A DNA stretch of 64,000 nt. Source: Macrostomum lignano (Eukaryota). The notes under the pieces are model-generated. The model was not told the origin of the DNA and ran no database searches. It was given only the letters and a program-made list of their open reading frames with translations. Within the stretch, counting starts at the first letter, position 1; each line of letters starts with the position of its first letter. Both the position numbers and the translations under genes were made by a program. The stretch is from assembly GCA_002269645.1 (NCBI GenBank), contig NIVC01000445.1:310001-374000 (forward strand), given 5' to 3'. Positions 57,384-64,000 of the stretch are shown in pieces.

Positions 57384-57600
57384 GAGCGGGTTGCAGCCTA
57401 GTGGCTAGAGCGTCGGACTCACGTTTGAAAGGTCCGGGGTTCGATTCTTGATCCACGCAACTCTGGATTGTCTCAGTTCGCCCAGCTGTAAAATGGGTGC
57501 CTGGGGTAATTGAGGATGTGTGTGTGTGTGTGTGGCGACTGAACAGCTGAGCTGTCGGTTGCACACCTGCCCATTGGGTGTAATTAATAATTATTATTAC
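57384..57600 (+). mobile_element. tRNA-derived CORE-like SINE, internally deleted (copy 2)
   Basis: A box GCAGCCTAGTGGCTAGAGCG, B box GGTTCGATTCTT, CAGTTCGCCCAGCTGTAAAATGGGTGCC, shared 3' GCTGAGCTGTCGGTTGCACA, TAA-rich tail. Confidence 0.85.
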
Positions 57601-58476
57601 GATAAAAGACTATAGAAGAAAGCAGCTATTACTTCTTAGTGCTAGTATAGTTTGCTTTCCATTAGAGCATTGGAAATTCAGCTAGACTTGTGTATATAGT
57701 TTACTGTCTGTAATCTAGGCGCGGATTCAAATTCGATTTGTTACAACAAACTTATACAAAACCAGCTCTATGCCTAGACTGTTTTATTCGTTATTATAAT
57801 TTCTTGAGCTTTAGCCTGAAAAAGAGTATAAATTAGTCTAAAAGCTACTTCGGGGTGGAAATTTCAACATGCTGCTGAATGTTTACATTGTTTACTATCG
57901 ACTTACTCTGTTGCTTGTCTTGACATTTTGTGTTGTCTATTAAATTTTAGCATTTTCTTAAAATCCCGACAAGAAACTGGCTGCTATAATGTTGAACTGT
58001 AGGCATCCATTGTAGGGTAACTTCTGTGAGTACGCGATCAGCTGATCGGTTGCATCGCTGATTGACAGGCGCTTCCAAACAAATATTGTGCGCTGTTATT
58101 GCATTTTTGATCTGTCGTCTAGCTTTCAAAATTGCATTACTGTTAGTAATATTTTAAGGAAACAATTGGCTATAGTTACAATTAGTGTCAATTGTTTGAC
58201 AAACAAATCGAAATTGTAGCTGATTTTGTTTTTAAGTAACTGTGCCGTGTAATTAAGTTCTTATTCTTTAATTTTGCTTTCCTTATTTTCATTTTTAAGC
58301 GATGAGTTTCTTCGCTTAGAAAAATCAAATATAAAAAATTAATCGCAAGCTTAGTTAAAGCTTGTAGTTTTAATTCTGTAATCAGAATGTATTACTTATT
58401 ACTTATATTTGGTTGGTTTACAGAATTGCGATGCACTTAACAGTAAATTATATCCTGCTTTCTGTAGTTTATTACT

Positions 58477-59300
<824 letters not shown>

Positions 59301-59399
59301 AAGGCAATCAGTCATGCCCATTCCGCTGACTCGAATCAAAACTCGAATCAGATGCCAAAATCCCGGGTCAATGTTTGTACACGAGCCCCATAATATACG

Positions 59400-59485
59400 T
59401 AAAAAAATTGAAACGGCTACGCATGGCATCGAAACCGGTTTTGTGGAGCGAGAGTCGGACGCGTTATCCACTGAGTCGGAGTGGT
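59400..59485 (-). pseudogene. Degenerate tRNA-like sequence (tRNA pseudogene or SINE head) followed by a T-run
   Basis: Minus strand GACTCAGTGGATAACGCGTCCGACTCTCG...CCGGTTTCGATGCC...TTTTTTT has A-box and B-box-like motifs; the cloverleaf is not convincing. Confidence 0.35.
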
Positions 59486-60494
59486 CAACTGATTTGCCAT
59501 TACCGATTTGCTTGGCTATGGCGCACAGTTCACTTTTGCACCAAGCATTATGCTACTCTAGTGAAAGAGGTGGTCGCTTGTTTCCATAATTTGAGTTTGC
59601 ACTCCTTGGTCGCCTCTATATGACGCGAATTCGATAAAAAGCAAATGGTACACGATAAGAATATTGGCGCAATCTGCTCTAGCTGAGAGCTAAGTTTGAG
59701 TGCAGCTCTGTATATCTGTACAAATATTGAAATGAGCATAGCAACGGCATTTCAGTTTCTTTGCATGTCATAAAAGACTGCTATTTACACTGCTAGTTGA
59801 CACTTAAGACAGGTGAGCTTGAAGCATGGTTAGGAAAAAATAATTTTACATTTTACAATTTAGATTCTGTGTCGCACTACTGGACAACTGAAGAAAACTG
59901 CTATTCTTCTTGGGGTGTCGCTATCAAGTCGCCCTCCACTTTGTCCTCAGCTTCAGGGTTCCAAAATGAGTGCCTGCGCCACCAAAAATCAGTTAAAAAA
60001 TACAGGAATTTTTCGTTTTAGGATTCTTGGTTTTGTCCCCTCACCCGCCATAAAATCCATCATGGCGACACCCTTGGTTGCACTCGATTGACTTAAAAAT
60101 GAGCTGGAGGTTTCGATAGAGAACGTCGGCGAGCAGTCGGAATGTTGGAAGCAGGTTGTACTCTTTGAGCAGTTCGAGAACTTCAACAGCCTTCAACAGT
60201 TTTACGTCTGCTACAGAAGAGCAGAGCCACTGGGAAGCGTGAATCACGCGAGAAAAGGTACTGCGGTGCTTCGCGAGGCCAGATCGACGCGACGCCTCTA
60301 GTGGCAGGAAATTTCCCAGGACTGTTTTTGACGCCTTGTTTTGGGAATACCACGTCGAGTCAACGCCCGGTTACTTGCGAGAAGAGGCTACATGCGTTTC
60401 TGAAGCCCTGTGTATACGTTCCTTACCGACCTCCAGCTCTTTTCTAAGAACAATCCAGTGAAGCGTCCTGCTACTTCAGCAGTCCACGGGGACA

Positions 60495-63400
60495 CTACTG
60501 AGGTCTATGAGTGACGGGAGATTCTTCAGTCAACTCGTCCGAGCCCCCGTGGCTTGACTCTGAGCGAGCGTTAGTCGCGCCAAATACAGAGAAGTCGGTA
60601 AATTGTCGGCCGTCAGTCAGGTCAGGATCTTGTTGCTCGGGGTCGAAGGCAAAATCAGAGATCTGTGTGTTGTTATAGACAGTTTTTTGACACTGAACAG
60701 CAGCAATTTTATGACCTATAAATGTACTGCCGAAAAATCAGCCCGCCATCATTGAATCATCATTGCTTAAATAAGATGAAGCGTGTGTTGCCCCTTCTCA
60801 CCTGGGTTGTCCTGATGTGGAATGGAAAATTCTTGTTGGCCAAACTCGGCCACGTCAGAATCAGGTAGAACAGGTGAGCCAAGAACAGGCTGATGACCTC
60901 GATGAAGTTTACAACCTTGGCCCGCATGTAGTCAGGCACCTGGTTGATGTTCACGGCCACTGTGATTGGAATGGCGATGAACCACAAGCTGTAGAAGACG
61001 AGCATCGGAGTGTAGAAGACGACCTTCTTCTTGTGCTTGGACATTGTGAAGATGCTGCAGCCCACGTAGAACAGCCAGCATGCCAGAATGACGGCCATGA
61101 GTCCGTAGCCGGGCGAGCTCTCGTATCGGTACAGCACCAGAGCTGCGTCAAAGGTCACGGCCTCGACGATGTACAGAGCAATGTAGGCGATGGCGAAATA
61201 GAACATAAATACGATTAGGCAGGTTGTGGCCCAGTGAGGCAGACGACCGCAGACAACAGTGTAGCCCAGGCTGAGCAGCAGCAGCATGAGCACCATCAGG
61301 ATCTGAGACATGGCGTACAGCACGGTGCCTTCGGGTTGATTTAAGCTTCAAGATTATCATCCATTCAAATATGCTTCTCGATAACTGTAATCAGCGGCAC
61401 TGAAGTACGCGCGTACTATACATGTTCCATTCTTGAGAAATATAATAAATAATAATTGATTACACCTGCCCCAATGGCCAGATGTGCAACCGACAGCTCA
61501 GCCGCAGCTATTGCGCGGCGCATCTGAAGGCTGCGTACGGCTGTTCAGTCCAAGGACTGGGGGTCGCCACACACAGCCTCAATTACCCCAGCTAATGCTG
61601 GCACCCATTTTACAGCTGGGTGAACTGAAGCAATGCAGAGTTAAGTGTCTTGCTCAATTAAGGACACAAATTGTTCCAGTGGGATCGAGAATCGAACCTC
61701 CGACCTTCAAGTCGTGAGTCCGACGCTCTAATCACTAGGGCTAGGCTACAACCTCCTTGAGCAATTACGAGTAATAGAAATTCAATTCAAGCTCACCAAA
61801 CAGCTTTAGTCCCGAGTTTTCCTGCCCACTCAGGCCGTAGTTCAAATAGGAGATGCAGGTAAACACGATTGACATAAAGAATAAAGAAACAGACGACAAA
61901 AATATTTTGTATGTCGCGTGGAACATTTGGTTGCTGGCCAACTTCACTGGAATCGGAATGAAACGGGCTTCTGAGTAGCAATGCAACTATGGTATCAATG
62001 CAAAAAGTTTTAGGCACCGTCGACTGTCACTCACCCGAAACTACAACCACCAAGATAACCATGAGGAATTCAATGAAGAAAAATGCCATGTTAAATTCCA
62101 ATATATCTGCAGATTATAACCGTACGGGTATTAGAATCCTAGATCGCTTATAAAATATTGTTTGCATTTGATTTTAGCTTACAGATTTCATCGGCGGAAA
62201 AGTGTTCTCTGAAGATCTGTCCCGGATTACCGTTTCTCATGAACACGTCGTACTCCAGATACAGTCCCTGAAATCACGGTTGCGGATGCAGCCAGACCAA
62301 CAGTAAATTCCTGGCCTAATTGAAAACTATAGTACTTTATACTTCTAGCAAATATTTTTAGATATCAACAAAATGTGCCACTCAGAATCAATATGATTTT
62401 ACAACAGAATTTTCAAGCTTGCATAGATCGATATTTCTGCTTTAACTTCCTACTCCACTATTCACTGTCAAAAAGTCAGCAGCAAAGTCAGTCCTCCTAC
62501 ATCCAGGATTGTGTAGCATGCAGTGCCGCTACATCCAGGATTGTGTAGCACACAGTGCCGCTACTTCCGGGATTGTGTAGCATGCAGTGCCGCTACTTCC
62601 TGGATTGTGTAGCATGCAGTGCCGCTACATCCTGGATTGTGTAGCATGCAGTGCCGCTACATCCTGGATTGTGTAGCATGCAGTGCCGCTACTTCCTGGA
62701 TTGTGTAGCATGCAGTGCCGCTACATCCTGGATTGTATAGCACACAGTGCCGCTACTTCCAGGATTGTGTAGCACACAGTGCCGCTACATGCCGCTGAAA
62801 GAAGTTTTTTACCCATGCCGCAGCTGGTGGCTCTAACCATCAGGCGGTCCCATTTCCGTTTACCACGTCGTTCAAGAGCCTCATATGGGTTAATACCCGT
62901 ATAATATTTTGCTACGTACTAACATTCTTTCCTAGGCAATTAGAGATCGCCATGAACCACCAGCGCTCTCTAGACGATGAGAATGGATAGTTTCGAGAGT
63001 TGCACGTGACGGAGTCATTGCCGCTGTAGACGCAGGTGCCATAGTCAGGATCTAGACGGAATATCTGGTAGCTGTTGACGTCTAACAGGGACTCCTTTTG
63101 GGCGCATGTCTGCATTGATATAAAGACCAGATATTTCTGCGCGAAAGGATTAAAATAGTAAAATTGATATTTATGACAAGCGCATACCATGCTGTCATTG
63201 TTGTAGACCATCGACCACAAATTTGGCTTGTCCCAGTACAATAGCAGGCTTTGAACCATAAACTTCTAAAATTCAGGTGCAAAATTTATCTAATAATATT
63301 CAATTCGATGCATTGTAACATTACTGATAGGATTTTTTCCATCAATAAGTTAATAGTTAAATTGTCACCCTTGGATATCGAAAGTTAAATTGCAGAATTC

Positions 63401-63684
63401 CTGCGGTTGGTAGAAAGCAGAATCTATCAAGAAATATCCAGTCCTAAAATTGAGTTAAGAAAGGTCTTTCAGAACTTTTAGTATGTTGCAAGGTAAGGTT
63501 GCACGGGTATAAAATGGTTTGTCAGTCGAATTTTCGGCTTCTACTTTATTTGTTCATGACTAAAGGTTTATAAAATCTGCTTATTCACCTTTTCAGTTTT
63601 CAGGACTCCACTGATACGTTTTCCACTCGCAACCGCTGCAGCTGATAATAAAGCCAAAAAAGAAAAGATTAGTTTACTATCCAT
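60495..63684 (-). CDS. TMEM145: Transmembrane protein 145 (GPR180/TMEM145 family). Exons 63589-63684, 63369-63443, 63188-63265, 62924-63109, 62183-62267, 62035-62106, 61797-61946, 60802-61328, 60495-60662; ~478 aa
   Basis: Signal peptide MDSKLIFSFLALLSAAAVASG; KRISGVLKTEK|DWIFLDRFCFL..FNFRYP; LLLYWDKPNLW; CAQKESL; RERWWFMAISNC; GLYLEYDVFMRNG..REHFSADE; FHATYKIF; LLSLGYTV; FDAALVLYRYESSPGYG; LTWPSLANKNFPFHIRTTQ. These blocks are colinear with TMEM145; all junctions are GT-AG and in phase. The last exon is less certain. Confidence 0.92.
61445..61757 (-). mobile_element. tRNA-derived CORE-like SINE, most complete copy (copy 3), in a TMEM145 intron
   Basis: Minus strand: TAGCCCTAGTGATTAGAGCGTCGGACTC..GGTTCGATTCTC..GTGTCCTTAATTGAGCAAGACACTTAACTCTGCATTGCTTCAGTTCACCCAGCTGTAAAATGGG..CAGATGCGCCGCGCAATA..ATTATT tail. 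Confidence 0.88.
62503..62790. repeat. 32-bp minisatellite (GGATTGTGTAGCATGCAGTGCCGCTACATCCT)n, ~9 copies, in a TMEM145 intron
   Basis: Direct observation. Confidence 0.92.
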
Positions 63685-64000
63685 TTTGGCTATGCATGTA
63701 TTGGTTGACTATAGCATACATGTAGGCTGTCTAAAGAGTACGAGTTAGTAAGTTCGTTTAAATACGTGAATTTTTTGTTAAAACAAATTTCCAATTTCAA
63801 CTTTTCTATGTAATATTTGTTACATTTGCTACTAAAATTTAATATTTCTAATAAAAAACGATTATTGTCTCGTTTCGCAAAAGATATTAAAAAAAAATTT
63901 TTGCTCGCAAATTTTGTTATACTTGCTTAAGAAAACAAGTTTAATCCGTAAAGAAAATCTAAAAAAGAAATCGTATGGCGTGGCTCTGGAAAAAAATATA

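Noticed and set aside
59800-60460. Coding-looking fragments downstream of TMEM145 (e.g. LLKAVEVLELLKEYNLLPTFRLLADVLYRN)
   Set aside because: They are short, interrupted by stops, with no recognisable family; likely 3' UTR or a decayed element.

Overview
Eukaryotic (invertebrate animal) genomic DNA, very rich in micro- and minisatellites. The style (GC-rich exons, satellite-filled introns) resembles a free-living flatworm such as Macrostomum, but that is an unverified impression. Six protein-coding genes were reconstructed by hand from translation plus GT-AG splice sites: (1) a GABA-B-receptor-like class C GPCR on the - strand (10 exons in the window, continuing past position 1); (2) a RASL10-like small GTPase (+, 2 exons); (3) an intronless 292-aa orphan ORF (+); (4) cytochrome c oxidase subunit 4 (+, 2 exons); (5) a RING/B-box/coiled-coil/NHL (TRIM-NHL) protein (+, 3 exons); (6) TMEM145 (-, 9 exons). 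Most long ORFs in the supplied track are artefacts of simple repeats. Mobile DNA includes three tRNA-derived CORE-type SINE copies, a decayed LINE 3' fragment, a 781-bp hAT MITE and a 38-bp TIR-only hAT insertion with a perfect 8-bp TSD. The most striking unexplained structure is a ~7.7-kb segment sitting between (CAGA)n arrays. It is bounded by 16-bp inverted repeats and carries a higher-order ~238-bp satellite whose monomer contains a copy of the terminal motif. No prokaryotic features or CRISPR arrays are supported, and I cannot claim a demonstrably new biological system.
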